A stretch of 64,000 bases of DNA from Nitrosopumilus sp. (GTDB taxonomy: Archaea; Thermoproteota; Nitrososphaeria; Nitrososphaerales; Nitrosopumilaceae): contig OZ242186.1 in assembly GCA_965205675.1 (NCBI GenBank), positions 1,312,001 through 1,376,000 of the forward strand, in the 5' to 3' direction. Under the pieces are notes generated by a model. The model was not told the origin of the DNA. It worked only from the letters and a program-made list of their open reading frames with translations, and did not search any database. The position numbers and the translations under genes were made by a program. Shown here piece after piece: positions 30,329 through 40,268 of this stretch (its first letter is position 1; the number at the start of each line of letters is the position of its first letter).

Positions 30329-31321
30329 ATGGTCCAACAAAATATTACAAGTGCAAGTATCAAAAATGCACAAAATCAAAAACTGCTCTTGGCAAAAAAC
30401 TATGTCGAACAAGAACTAGAAACCCAAGGGTACAGAGGTCGCATCAAGTATGATATGACCAACAAAGCTCTGGTTCAATACAGGACCAAGGAGGGAACAA
30501 TAGCCGTCATCAAAGAAGGCAAACTGCACATCTTTGAGATGCCGGTCAAAAAGTTCAAGGGGGCACTTCCATTGGAGACAAATCCAGTGGATATGGATTC
30601 CATCAGGACAGAAAAGGCAACATGCTGTAAAAGATGCCATCAATGGAAAAAGACTGCAAACATAACCCGCTGTCCTTGCGGAGGATATCTGGTTCCAAGA
30701 AAGAGATTCTCAGTAGATGCTGTAGAGTCCTGGGATGAGGAAGTCCTCGAGATAGAGTTTGCCAAAAAAGACATCATCCTAGCAAAGAAGACTGATAGGG
30801 TACTATCTCACAAACCAAAGAGATCAACCCCTAAAGGAATCACCGCAAACCTATCTGGAATGTATGCAGTAGATACTCCGCTAGATACCCACAAGGAAGA
30901 GTTGTTGCTAGTTACAGACGGTGAGGATGTAAGAACCATTCGAGTCAGACCCATATCATCATGCAGTCTGATATTTGTAGCGGCGATAGATTCTGGAATA
31001 TCTGATGAACAAAAATTTGAGATACTCTCAGAATGCAGAAAGGATGATTCTGAGGACAGACAGTTCCTATCTGAGACAGATAGATTTGTCAGAGAACACA
31101 TCCCACAAAAGGCAAAGAACATGGTGGATTCATGGAATGAACCATCATATCCTTTCAAACTTGGCAGAAAAGGCAAGACATCAAAGAGAGCCACAAGATC
31201 ACTCAAGAGAATGGACAAGAGTCATGCCTCAGAGAAAACAAGTCTCAAAAACGGAAAAAAGCCACAGTTCTTTGCAAGCTCAGTACCAGCAGCACAGACT
31301 CTCAAGAATGAGTCAAAGTAA
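30329..31321 (+). CDS. Hypothetical Zn-ribbon protein A, copy 4
   Basis: Tandem copy. Confidence 0.75.
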   Translation: MVQQNITSASIKNAQNQKLLLAKNYVEQELETQGYRGRIKYDMTNKALVQYRTKEGTIAVIKEGKLHIFEMPVKKFKGALPLETNPVDMDSIRTEKATCCKRCHQWKKTANITRCPCGGYLVPRKRFSVDAVESWDEEVLEIEFAKKDIILAKKTDRVLSHKPKRSTPKGITANLSGMYAVDTPLDTHKEELLLVTDGEDVRTIRVRPISSCSLIFVAAIDSGISDEQKFEILSECRKDDSEDRQFLSETDRFVREHIPQKAKNMVDSWNEPSYPFKLGRKGKTSKRATRSLKRMDKSHASEKTSLKNGKKPQFFASSVPAAQTLKNESK

Positions 31322-31503
31322 ATGTCACTACAAGAAGAGTTTGTGACAGAAAAACATCTTTAAGAAAATAAAAACCACAGCACACCCCCAACTTTTTTTT
31401 ATGTGACCTGACAATCCTCTCAAATCCAATATCATACTATGACACCTGACAGGCAGATTGGATGTGGAGATGGTACAGATGCTTGCAGCATCATACAGAA
31501 ACA

Positions 31504-31992
31504 ATGAACAAAAAAACAACAAACAAAGTAAGAACCAGTCTAGTACGAAAACAAAACGTGATATTTGTAGCAATGGTAGCAGTTGGGTTATCCCTAACTG
31601 TCATGAGCCAGCTTACAGATTCGCGACTGCTAAGTGAAGGCATAGCCTTTATTATAGTTGGATTCGTAGGAATGTTAATGTCTTGGACTACGATGGATGT
31701 TGGTGCCAGTATCAAAGAAGCAATACATGATGTTGGCAGAAAAAACCTAGCCGCATTGGAATCCATTGCAAAATCTCAGAAGGAGATAGCATCATCTCAA
31801 AAAGAGATAGCATCATCTCAAAAAGAGATAGCATCATCTCAAAAAGAGATAGCATCATCTCAAAAAGAGATGGACACGTCTCTCAAGGAGATAGCATCCT
31901 CTCAGAATGAGATCAAAGACATTCTAGGTACACATACTACAATTCTAGAAAAGCATACTACAATTCTAAAGAACCTAGAGAAAAAAGACTGA
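31504..31992 (+). CDS. Two-TM + coiled-coil protein, family 1
   Basis: KEIASSQ and HTTILEK heptad expansions. Confidence 0.75.
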   Translation: MNKKTTNKVRTSLVRKQNVIFVAMVAVGLSLTVMSQLTDSRLLSEGIAFIIVGFVGMLMSWTTMDVGASIKEAIHDVGRKNLAALESIAKSQKEIASSQKEIASSQKEIASSQKEIASSQKEMDTSLKEIASSQNEIKDILGTHTTILEKHTTILKNLEKKD

Positions 31993-32097
31993 GTTTTCAA
32001 AAACCCACAATATTTTTTTGACTGAGTCATGCACTCCAAACCGACATTATTTGTAGCAATACAAATCGACTCAGCGAGTTGGTGTGAGATGTGTAAA

Positions 32098-32238
32098 GAA
32101 AATCAAAATGATTTTTGAAATTATTCCCACAGAGTTGTAACGAATTATTTCCAAAAGGGAATAGCTCAACCCAACTCTCATGACGGGAATCGTTCTACTG
32201 GAAACGTTATTTCAGAATAAAAGGAGGTTGAACCATTT
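32098..32238 (+). promoter_or_regulatory. Structured cassette leader, copy 4
   Basis: Near-identical to copy 1. Confidence 0.85.
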
Positions 32239-33231
32239 ATGGTCCAACAAAATATTACAAGTGCAAGTATCAAAAATGCACAAAATCAAAAACTGCTCTT
32301 GGCAAAAAACTATGTCGAACAAGAACTAGAAACCCAAGGGTACAGAGGTCGCATCAAGTATGATATGACCAACAAAGCTCTGGTTCAATACAGGACCAAG
32401 GAGGGAACAATAGCCGTCATCAAAGAAGGCAAACTGCACATCTTTGAGATGCCGGTCAAAAAGTTCAAGGGGGCACTTCCATTGGAGACAAATCCAGTGG
32501 ATATGGATTCCATCAGGACAGAAAAGGCAACATGCTGTAAAAGATGCCATCAATGGAAAAAGACTGCAAACATAACCCGCTGTCCTTGCGGAGGATATCT
32601 GGTTCCAAGAAAGAGATTCTCAGTAGATGCTGTAGAGTCCTGGGATGAGGAAGTCCTCGAGATAGAGTTTGCCAAAAAAGACATCATCCTAGCAAAGAAG
32701 ACTGATAGGGTACTAGCTCACAAACCAAAGAGATCAACCCCTAAAGGAATCACCGCAAACCTATCTGGAATGTATGCAGTAGATACTCCGCTAGATACCC
32801 ACAAGGAAGAGTTGTTGCTAGTTACAGACGGTGAGGATGTAAGAACCATTCGAGTCAGACCCATATCATCATGCAGTCTGATATTTGTAGCGGCGATAGA
32901 TTCTGGAATATCTGATGAACAAAAATTTGAGATACTCTCAGAATGCAGAAAGGATGATTCTGAGGACAGACAGTTCCTATCTGAGACAGATAGATTTGTC
33001 AGAGAACACATCCCACAAAAGGCAAAGAACATGGTGGATTCATGGAATGAACCATCATATCCTTTCAAACTTGGCAGAAAAGGCAAGACATCAAAGAGAG
33101 CCACAAGATCACTCAAGAGAATGGACAAGAGTCATGCCTCAGAGAAAACAAGTCTCAAAAACGGAAAAAAGCCACAGTTCTTTGCAAGCTCAGTACCAGC
33201 AGCACAGACTCTCAAGAATGAGTCAAAGTAA
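32239..33231 (+). CDS. Hypothetical Zn-ribbon protein A, copy 5
   Basis: Tandem copy heading the full-length cassette. Confidence 0.75.
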   Translation: MVQQNITSASIKNAQNQKLLLAKNYVEQELETQGYRGRIKYDMTNKALVQYRTKEGTIAVIKEGKLHIFEMPVKKFKGALPLETNPVDMDSIRTEKATCCKRCHQWKKTANITRCPCGGYLVPRKRFSVDAVESWDEEVLEIEFAKKDIILAKKTDRVLAHKPKRSTPKGITANLSGMYAVDTPLDTHKEELLLVTDGEDVRTIRVRPISSCSLIFVAAIDSGISDEQKFEILSECRKDDSEDRQFLSETDRFVREHIPQKAKNMVDSWNEPSYPFKLGRKGKTSKRATRSLKRMDKSHASEKTSLKNGKKPQFFASSVPAAQTLKNESK

Positions 33232-33534
33232 ATGTCACTACAAGAAGAGTTTGTGACCGAGACAGACATTGCAAAGATACAGCAATCATTTATGGATACA
33301 GAGTCAATCCCAACATCCATAGACGACATCCAATCCAAGAATTTCAAGAGACAGTTCAAGGTGAACAGAAGAAAGGCAAATTCTCTTGAGAAGAAATGGG
33401 ATGTGCGTACAATAAAAAGAATATCTCATACTGGAGATAGTCCACAAAGCAAGAAAAACCGTAAAGTAACAACACGGTTCTTTGCAAGTTCAGTACCGGT
33501 TTCTGCACAGACTCTCAAGAATGAGTCAAAGTAA
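33232..33534 (+). CDS. Hypothetical protein sharing its C-terminus with protein A
   Basis: Ends in FFASSVPVSAQTLKNESK; local direct repeat. Confidence 0.55.
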   Translation: MSLQEEFVTETDIAKIQQSFMDTESIPTSIDDIQSKNFKRQFKVNRRKANSLEKKWDVRTIKRISHTGDSPQSKKNRKVTTRFFASSVPVSAQTLKNESK

Positions 33535-33659
33535 ATGTCACTGCAAGAAGAGTTTGCAATAGAGGTAATGGAATTTGGTTGCAAAACAATTCCTCTCGAA
33601 TCATCAGAGATGATAGATTCACAGAATGATCCATCTGGAGTATCTGAGGTAGACAACTA

Positions 33660-34106
33660 ATGACTGGAGAGGATATTTACAACAACTGCCAAACCATCCT
33701 ACGACACACAGATGATGGAGACGCTCTGTTTGCAAGTGACTTGAAGCTGGTGCAAAATGCAGCCAATGGTCTTTTGTCTTCAGAAGGCAAAGTCGCCTTG
33801 CGTCGACTCAGATGCCAGTGTGAGACAGGCAAATATCTAGAAGGACCACCTGTTTGTGGAGTGGAGAATCTAACCCGAGGCAGAGGTGAGGATCGCAGAG
33901 TATTCTGGAAAGGAATCGTGGTGGAACACTATGATCATGATTTCTGGTGCTACGAAGGGTGGCAAGAAGAAATGATCAAAGATGCACAACAGCTTGGAAG
34001 AGTATGCCAATACCTAGAAGAGCACGGCATTACGGTGAGTTTTGAGAACTATCTCAAATACACCAAAAATGTTTGCAACGGAGACAAAGAAAATGGGAGT
34101 GTTTGA
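33660..34106 (+). CDS. Hypothetical protein
   Basis: 148-aa ORF, TAATG-coupled to a short upstream ORF. Confidence 0.65.
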   Translation: MTGEDIYNNCQTILRHTDDGDALFASDLKLVQNAANGLLSSEGKVALRRLRCQCETGKYLEGPPVCGVENLTRGRGEDRRVFWKGIVVEHYDHDFWCYEGWQEEMIKDAQQLGRVCQYLEEHGITVSFENYLKYTKNVCNGDKENGSV

Positions 34107-34482
34107 TACGGTCATAGCAACCGTGACATGTCCCCATTGCAACGAATCATATCTTCATGAGGACATACAGACAAAATCATTTGTACGTGGACTCTATGAG
34201 ATATACGAAAATGACGACACCCGATATCTGAAAGGAAATCCAATGCTTCCCGGCAGACCAAACGCATTTGCGGGAATCAAAAACATGGATTTTCCATGTT
34301 ACACGCACTGTTACATATGTGATTCTGAGCTTTACATTATCTGTAAAATAAGGAAATACATCCTAACTAAAGCACAGGTCACAAGAATAGATAGGAGAAC
34401 CGTCGGCATGAAGAATCCATACGTTCTAGATCTTAGTGCCAAATCAAAGTCTGCCGCAGAAATGGGGTTTTTAAGAAAATAA
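34093..34482 (+). CDS. Zn-finger hypothetical protein
   Basis: MGVFDTV...CPHC...IQTKSF...CYIC. Confidence 0.65.
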   Translation: MGVFDTVIATVTCPHCNESYLHEDIQTKSFVRGLYEIYENDDTRYLKGNPMLPGRPNAFAGIKNMDFPCYTHCYICDSELYIICKIRKYILTKAQVTRIDRRTVGMKNPYVLDLSAKSKSAAEMGFLRK

Positions 34483-34743
34483 AAACCACAGCACACCCCC
34501 AACTTTTTTTTATGTGACCTGACAATCCTCTCAAATCCAATATCATACTATGACACCTGACAGGCAGATTGGATGTGGAGATGGTACAGATGCTTGCAGC
34601 ATCATATGGTTCTAGAGAACCTAGAGAAAAAATACAGAGTTTTCAAAAACCCACAATATTTTTTTGACTGAGCCATGCACTCCAAACCGACATTATTTGT
34701 AGCAATACAAATCGACTCAGCGAGTTGGTGTGAGATGTGTAAA

Positions 34744-34884
34744 GAAAATCCATATGGGTTTTTCAAAGTTATTCCTACAGAGGTATTATAGACTATTCTC
34801 AAAGGAGAATAATCCGAGGTATCTCTCATGCCAGGAATCGTCCTACTGGTGACGTTACAGCCAGAATAAAAGGAGTTGACGCCA
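34744..34884 (+). promoter_or_regulatory. Structured cassette leader, copy 5 (variant)
   Basis: Covariant stems ATTCCT/AGGAAT, AGAGGTAT/GTATCTCT and TATTCTC/GAGAATA. Confidence 0.85.
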
Positions 34885-35238
34885 ATGGCACAACCATACA
34901 GTGCAAGTGAAAGCACACAAAACAATTCACAAAATCCCGTCCTAGATGGCGATAAAGTCAGTATCTGCGTGAGTGGCAACCAGGTGCAAATACAAAGACC
35001 TGATTTTGTAACTGACAAGCCAATACAGGATATCAGCGAGAAGAGAGAAATTCTTGCAAAGGACTTGCTTGAAGAATGGGAGGCAGTATCTGTACAAAAG
35101 CAGGGAATCCTGTTTGCAGTATCTGTAGGAGATAGCAGATACCTAGTCAGAGGACATGACAGGGTACCGGCAAACGCCGTAGTGGTAAGAACCCAATCAA
35201 ACCAGCTCATGGGTATTGGGGCAGTAGTAGGAGGTTAA
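34885..35238 (+). CDS. Hypothetical protein with shared leader peptide
   Basis: Starts MAQPYSASESTQNNSQNP; duplicated at 37267. Confidence 0.6.
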   Translation: MAQPYSASESTQNNSQNPVLDGDKVSICVSGNQVQIQRPDFVTDKPIQDISEKREILAKDLLEEWEAVSVQKQGILFAVSVGDSRYLVRGHDRVPANAVVVRTQSNQLMGIGAVVGG

Positions 35239-35486
35239 TGTTGTTTTTCAAAAACAACCCCTCTCTTTTCCACCATATCTGCAAATTCCCACAAATCAAT
35301 TCCAAAAAACGAGAATAAAACATGACAAAAATCTACAAGCCCACAATAATATCTGAAGATCCCCTTGACTTGGAGCAATCCCAAGACGGACCCAAACAGA
35401 AAACGTGTGAGCATGCAAAAGAAATGAGACCCAGCCATAGTCGAGGTTTGGATTCATTCTGACATGATAACGAGGGAATCAACAAG

Positions 35487-35753
35487 ATGACAGCAGAAGA
35501 GGCAGCAACGCAACGATTCCAAGACGATCCATGCCTTTTTGACCTTGCAGTTGACTCAGTGCGAACCAAAAAAGCAATGAAACGATTCAGAAACGATCCA
35601 TACTTTGAGGTTATGGTACAATCAATTGCAAAAAAGGCAGCAAAATATGCATACGCTAGAATCAAGCTAGATGAAACACTGGGTACAGGCAACGAAATAG
35701 ATGATATCATAAGAGAAAAAGTATTTCAAACAATCAAGAGGTTTGATGTATAG
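35487..35753 (+). CDS. Hypothetical protein
   Basis: 88-aa ORF coupled to the next gene. Confidence 0.55.
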   Translation: MTAEEAATQRFQDDPCLFDLAVDSVRTKKAMKRFRNDPYFEVMVQSIAKKAAKYAYARIKLDETLGTGNEIDDIIREKVFQTIKRFDV

Positions 35754-36424
35754 TGGCAAAACGATTTCTCAAAAGAGCATTTGGGGCAGTAGCAATCACA
35801 GTACTGATAGTAATTACAGCATCTCTTACATACCAGTATGTAGTCCCGATGATTCTATCAGATGAGGCATCAAGTGCGGTCTCAGATGGAATAGGTGCCG
35901 GAGAAGAAATGCTGTATGCAGCACAGGACAAAGTTGCAGACATATTCATCACAGAAGAGGAGCCGGTTTCAGAAGACCCCCAGATTGATGAGACAGATGG
36001 CTTGATACAAAACGACATGTACGATGAAATGCCCGAATCCCAAGAGGAGGTAATACCATACAAGACTGCATCGGGAGGCAAAGTCACCAGAATAGTAGAC
36101 GGTGATACGCTAGACATTGACGGAATCCGAATCAGACTTGCATTGGTAAACACCCCCGAGTCCGGAGAGGCAGGATACAAAGAGGCTACGGCATTTACTG
36201 CCAAGCACTGTCCTGTAGGTTCTACTGCAATGTATGATGTGGATAACGGTCAGAAAGGAGGATCATATGGCAGAGTAATCGGCAAGGTATGGTGCTTTGG
36301 CTATCCCGTACAGACACCTGAGACGTCCCTTAACGCGATGCTCATTGATGCAGGACATGCCAGAGTATTAGAAAGATTCTGCGGCGTCAGCCAGTTCAAA
36401 GATGATCATTGGACAGGCTGCTGA
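35753..36424 (+). CDS. Membrane-anchored thermonuclease (SNase-like)
   Basis: VTRIVDGDTL, IRLALVNTPE, YGRVIG, LNAMLIDAGHA; N-terminal TM. Confidence 0.88.
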   Translation: MAKRFLKRAFGAVAITVLIVITASLTYQYVVPMILSDEASSAVSDGIGAGEEMLYAAQDKVADIFITEEEPVSEDPQIDETDGLIQNDMYDEMPESQEEVIPYKTASGGKVTRIVDGDTLDIDGIRIRLALVNTPESGEAGYKEATAFTAKHCPVGSTAMYDVDNGQKGGSYGRVIGKVWCFGYPVQTPETSLNAMLIDAGHARVLERFCGVSQFKDDHWTGC

Positions 36425-36553
36425 GACCTTACAAACCCCAACTTTTTTTTATGTGACCTGACAATCCTCTCAAACCCAATATCATACTATGACACCTGAC
36501 AGGCAGATTGGATGTGGAGATGGTACAGATGCTTGCAGCATCATACAAAAATC

Positions 36554-37021
36554 ATGAAAGAGGAAACCACAAACAAAGTAAGAACCAGTCTAGTACGAAA
36601 ACAAAACGTGATATTTGTAGCAATGGTAGCAGTTGGGTTATCCCTAACTGTCATGAGCCAGCTTACAGATTCGCGACTGCTAAGTGAAGGCATAGCCTTT
36701 ATTATAGTTGGATTCGTAGGAATGTTAATGTCTTGGACTACGATGGATGTTGGTGCCAGTATCAAAGAAGCAATACATGATGTTGGCAGACAAAACCTAG
36801 CCGCATTGGAATCCATTGCATCTTCTCAAAAAGAGATGGGCAAATCTCTCAAAGAGATGGACACGTCTCTCAAAGAGATGGACACGTCTCTCAAAGAGAT
36901 AGCATCCTCTCAGAAGGAGATAGCATCCTCTCAGAAGGAGATCAAAGACATTCTAGGTACACATACTACGATTCTAGAAAAGCATACTACAATTCTAGAG
37001 AACCTAGAGAAAAAAGACTGA
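36554..37021 (+). CDS. Two-TM + coiled-coil protein, family 1
   Basis: Dispersed copy. Confidence 0.75.
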   Translation: MKEETTNKVRTSLVRKQNVIFVAMVAVGLSLTVMSQLTDSRLLSEGIAFIIVGFVGMLMSWTTMDVGASIKEAIHDVGRQNLAALESIASSQKEMGKSLKEMDTSLKEMDTSLKEIASSQKEIASSQKEIKDILGTHTTILEKHTTILENLEKKD

Positions 37022-37126
37022 GTTTTCAAAAACCCACAATATTTTTTTGACTGAGTCATGCACTCCAAACCAACATTATTTGTAGCAATACAAATCGACT
37101 CAGCGAGTTGGTGTGAGATGTGTAAA

Positions 37127-37266
37127 GAAAATCCATATGGGTTTTTCAAAGTTATTCCTACAGAGGTATTATAGACTATTCTCAAAGGAGAATAATCCGA
37201 GGTATCTCTCATGCCAGGAATCGTCCTACTGGAAACGTTATTTCAGAATAAAAGGAGTTGACGCCA
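37127..37266 (+). promoter_or_regulatory. Structured cassette leader, copy 6
   Basis: Like copy 5 but carries the CTGGAA/TTTCAG version of the last hairpin. Confidence 0.85.
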
Positions 37267-37620
37267 ATGGCACAACCATACAGTGCAAGTGAAAGCACAC
37301 AAAACAATTCACAAAATCCCGTCCTAGATGGCGATAAAGTCAGTATCTGCGTGAGTGGCAACCAGGTGCAAATACAAAGACCTGATTTTGTAACTGACAA
37401 GCCAATACATGATATCAGCGAGAAGAGAGAAATTCTTGCAAAGGACTTGCTTGAAGAATGGGAGGCAGTATCTGTACAAAAGCAGGGAATCCTGTTTGCA
37501 GTATCTGTAGGAGATAGCAGATACCTAGTCAGAGGACATGACAGGGTACCGGCAAACGCCGTAGTGGTAAGAACCCAATCAAACCAGCTCATGGGTATTG
37601 GGGCAGTAGTAGGAGGTTAA
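37267..37620 (+). CDS. Hypothetical protein with shared leader peptide
   Basis: Duplicate of 34885-35238. Confidence 0.6.
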   Translation: MAQPYSASESTQNNSQNPVLDGDKVSICVSGNQVQIQRPDFVTDKPIHDISEKREILAKDLLEEWEAVSVQKQGILFAVSVGDSRYLVRGHDRVPANAVVVRTQSNQLMGIGAVVGG

Positions 37621-37703
37621 TGTTGTTTTTCAAAAACAACCCCTCTCTTTTCCACCATATCTGCAAATTCCCACAAATCAATTCCAAAAAACGAGAATAA
37701 AAC

Positions 37704-39923
37704 ATGACAAAAATCTACAAGCCCACAATAATATCTGAAGATCCCCTTGACTTGGAGCAATCCAAGATAAGCTACAACAAGAATCTCTTTGAGGGAACAG
37801 AGAATGGATTTATCAAAATGGATGTGGATAAGGATGTTGCAATACAGAGAATGTCAAGGGATTTGTATCAACATGCAAGTTCCGGGTTCCGTGAACTGTA
37901 TGCCAATGAGGCAAGGGCATGCAGGTATGCAAAAAAGCATCACAACGCAGAACCGCTAATCCTCATTACCCTTGATCCGCAAAAACAAAAGCTGGTAATT
38001 GAGGGAATTGACAGTACTGGAATGACATCAGAGAGATTCAAAAAAGTCTTTACGGTACTAGGACACTCTGATAACTTTGATGGTCAAGAGGTAGGTCAGT
38101 TCGGAATGGGACGCGCTGCATACACCTGTCTTTCAGATACAATAATTCTTGAAACTTTTGCAAGAGAGAGCAACGAGAAATATGCAGTACTTGGAAGAAA
38201 CGGTCTCGGATATCAGATAATTGACGAGCCGAAAATGGATACATATGGAACAAAAATCTCGCTGACACTCTACGGGGAGATAAACTATGAGAGTCTATAC
38301 GCCATGATAGAGAAGGTCTCCAAATTCAGCCAGGTCAAGACAGTTCTTGTTTTAGAGTCCAAAATACAGATCAAATACGGGCAGAAAGAGGCAGGACAGT
38401 ACGTCATGGGACCAGTCTCATATGAACAGGCACTCAAAGAACTTGAAGGCAACAAAGAAGATCAATTGCGAATTCCTATTTCTCTGGAAGACGAATCATT
38501 AAGAATTGATGGGTGCATAAATATTTCCAAAAGGTGGGACGGCACTAATGAGATCTACCATGGCTATGAATCCCTCTTTGAGACATATCTGGTAAATGTC
38601 CCAATAGCGACAAAAATACTATCCCCGCTAAGCCATGGAATCCTTACCATCAAAGACGAGAGAAAGTTTCAGCCAACCCCCGACAGAGAAAGACTCAAAG
38701 AAAGCACCGAAGAACAAGTAAAGACATTAGTGCACCGCCTCTTATCTAGAGAATCCGGACTCAACATTGCAACACTTGAGGAATTCTACAACGGCAAAAA
38801 CAGAATGCTCTACGAGTGCCTCAGTGAGAGACGGTATGACAGCGATGATAGAATTATGAGCATACTTGATGAGCGAACCAAAAATCTCATCAAACTTTTG
38901 GAATGCGAGGTATGGTCTACTGATAAGACAAAGCACGCACTAGTATCGTTGTTAGAAAAGCCCTCAAAGATATTTCATGTTGAAAAACTAGAAAAATCCA
39001 AGATTGCCGCACTGCAACAAGATTCTCCGGGATGCCTGATATTTCGCCCAATCAAACCAGATGTTGCCACGATGGAACTGTTTAGTTCATTTGGGATTTT
39101 ATCTGCTCAAAAATATCTGGATGAAAACAAGATTCAGGTAAAGAGAATCACAACAAAGATGACACAATGCGTAGAACACCATTCTACAGTCAGTTATGAC
39201 CAGTACAAATCAAATGTCGCGCTGCACTCATCAAAGGTCCTGTTTGCAGATGTTGGCGAGAAGACAATACGTGCAGATAAAGAGTTTCAGATGGTAAAAA
39301 ACACATTCAAGAATGCCGTCTGCTCATACAAGACAGTCAAGGACAAGGCAGATATCAAAGGAGGAATCGCATTCTCAGACTTTGTCACAGGGATAGAATC
39401 AAAGACATATCCTACAAGCAGCGGAAATATCTTGCCAAAAGACATTGCAAGGTATCCTGACATCACTCTTTTTGAGTATGATAACAGGAATCTTGCGCCA
39501 GCACTTGAGACACGAGAGGATTCCATACTTGTTATCTCAGACGCAGACGAACTCTTTGAGATTGCAGTATACCTGTCATACAAAAACATACCCTATAATT
39601 TTGTCAAAGAGCAATCAAGGTCTAGCGGTGAGAATTGTTTTGATGTTGGTGAAATGATAAACAAATACGGGAAAACGCGAGACGTAACCGTACACACAGA
39701 TGATTACATCATACCGTATTACAACCATGCCGATGACATTCCAAAACTGATGAGCATACTTGATGGAATAATGACTATCAGTAACGAGAAGATGCTGCAC
39801 CTATTCCTTGATGCAACAAAAAAGAACAAGAGGTATGACAACTCAGAGATGCAAAACAAACTGCCCTTCATACAGAGTCATCTTGCAGCAGCTAGGGAGA
39901 TCTCAAAAAGACTGAGTACCTGA
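37704..39923 (+). CDS. GHKL (Hsp90/MORC-like) ATPase-domain protein 1
   Basis: FRELYANE, IDSTGM, VGQFGMG, GTKISL. Confidence 0.82.
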   Translation: MTKIYKPTIISEDPLDLEQSKISYNKNLFEGTENGFIKMDVDKDVAIQRMSRDLYQHASSGFRELYANEARACRYAKKHHNAEPLILITLDPQKQKLVIEGIDSTGMTSERFKKVFTVLGHSDNFDGQEVGQFGMGRAAYTCLSDTIILETFARESNEKYAVLGRNGLGYQIIDEPKMDTYGTKISLTLYGEINYESLYAMIEKVSKFSQVKTVLVLESKIQIKYGQKEAGQYVMGPVSYEQALKELEGNKEDQLRIPISLEDESLRIDGCINISKRWDGTNEIYHGYESLFETYLVNVPIATKILSPLSHGILTIKDERKFQPTPDRERLKESTEEQVKTLVHRLLSRESGLNIATLEEFYNGKNRMLYECLSERRYDSDDRIMSILDERTKNLIKLLECEVWSTDKTKHALVSLLEKPSKIFHVEKLEKSKIAALQQDSPGCLIFRPIKPDVATMELFSSFGILSAQKYLDENKIQVKRITTKMTQCVEHHSTVSYDQYKSNVALHSSKVLFADVGEKTIRADKEFQMVKNTFKNAVCSYKTVKDKADIKGGIAFSDFVTGIESKTYPTSSGNILPKDIARYPDITLFEYDNRNLAPALETREDSILVISDADELFEIAVYLSYKNIPYNFVKEQSRSSGENCFDVGEMINKYGKTRDVTVHTDDYIIPYYNHADDIPKLMSILDGIMTISNEKMLHLFLDATKKNKRYDNSEMQNKLPFIQSHLAAAREISKRLST

Positions 39924-40049
39924 GAGGGAATTTTTTTACCCTCTGGGACAGATCATCCAAACCCGTTTTATCCCATATGGGTCCGGCTCAGCGGGCGGGT
40001 GGAGATGATATAAAATATTCTCACATTTGAGAACAGATAACGTCTAGAT

Positions 40050-40181
40050 GAAAAACGTAATTTTCTAAATTATTCCTACAGAGGTATCAGAATCATCTCA
40101 AAGGAGAATGATCCAAGATACCTCTTATGACGGGAATCGTCCTACTGGAAACGTTATTTCAGAATAAAGGAGTTGATGCCA
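40050..40181 (+). promoter_or_regulatory. Structured cassette leader, copy 7 (diverged)
   Basis: Stems AGAGGTATC/GATACCTCT and ATCATCTC/GAGAATGAT. Confidence 0.8.
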
Positions 40182-40268
40182 ATGGCACAACCATACGATA
40201 CAGGTACAAGTATCAAAAACGTACAGCAACAAAATTCCGCCCCTTGTGGCAGTGATATAATTGGGTAA
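40182..40268 (+). CDS. 28-aa leader peptide coupled to GHKL gene 2
   Basis: MAQPYDTGTSIKNVQQQ...; its end overlaps the TTG at 40261. Confidence 0.5.
   Translation: MAQPYDTGTSIKNVQQQNSAPCGSDIIG

Larger units (their letters stand above)
24731..33256 (+). repeat. Tandem amplification: four ~1.9-kb units plus a fifth copy of the first gene
   Basis: Periods of 1847, 1910, 1868 and 1910 bp. Near-identical sequence; length differences are multiples of 21 bp. Confidence 0.95.
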
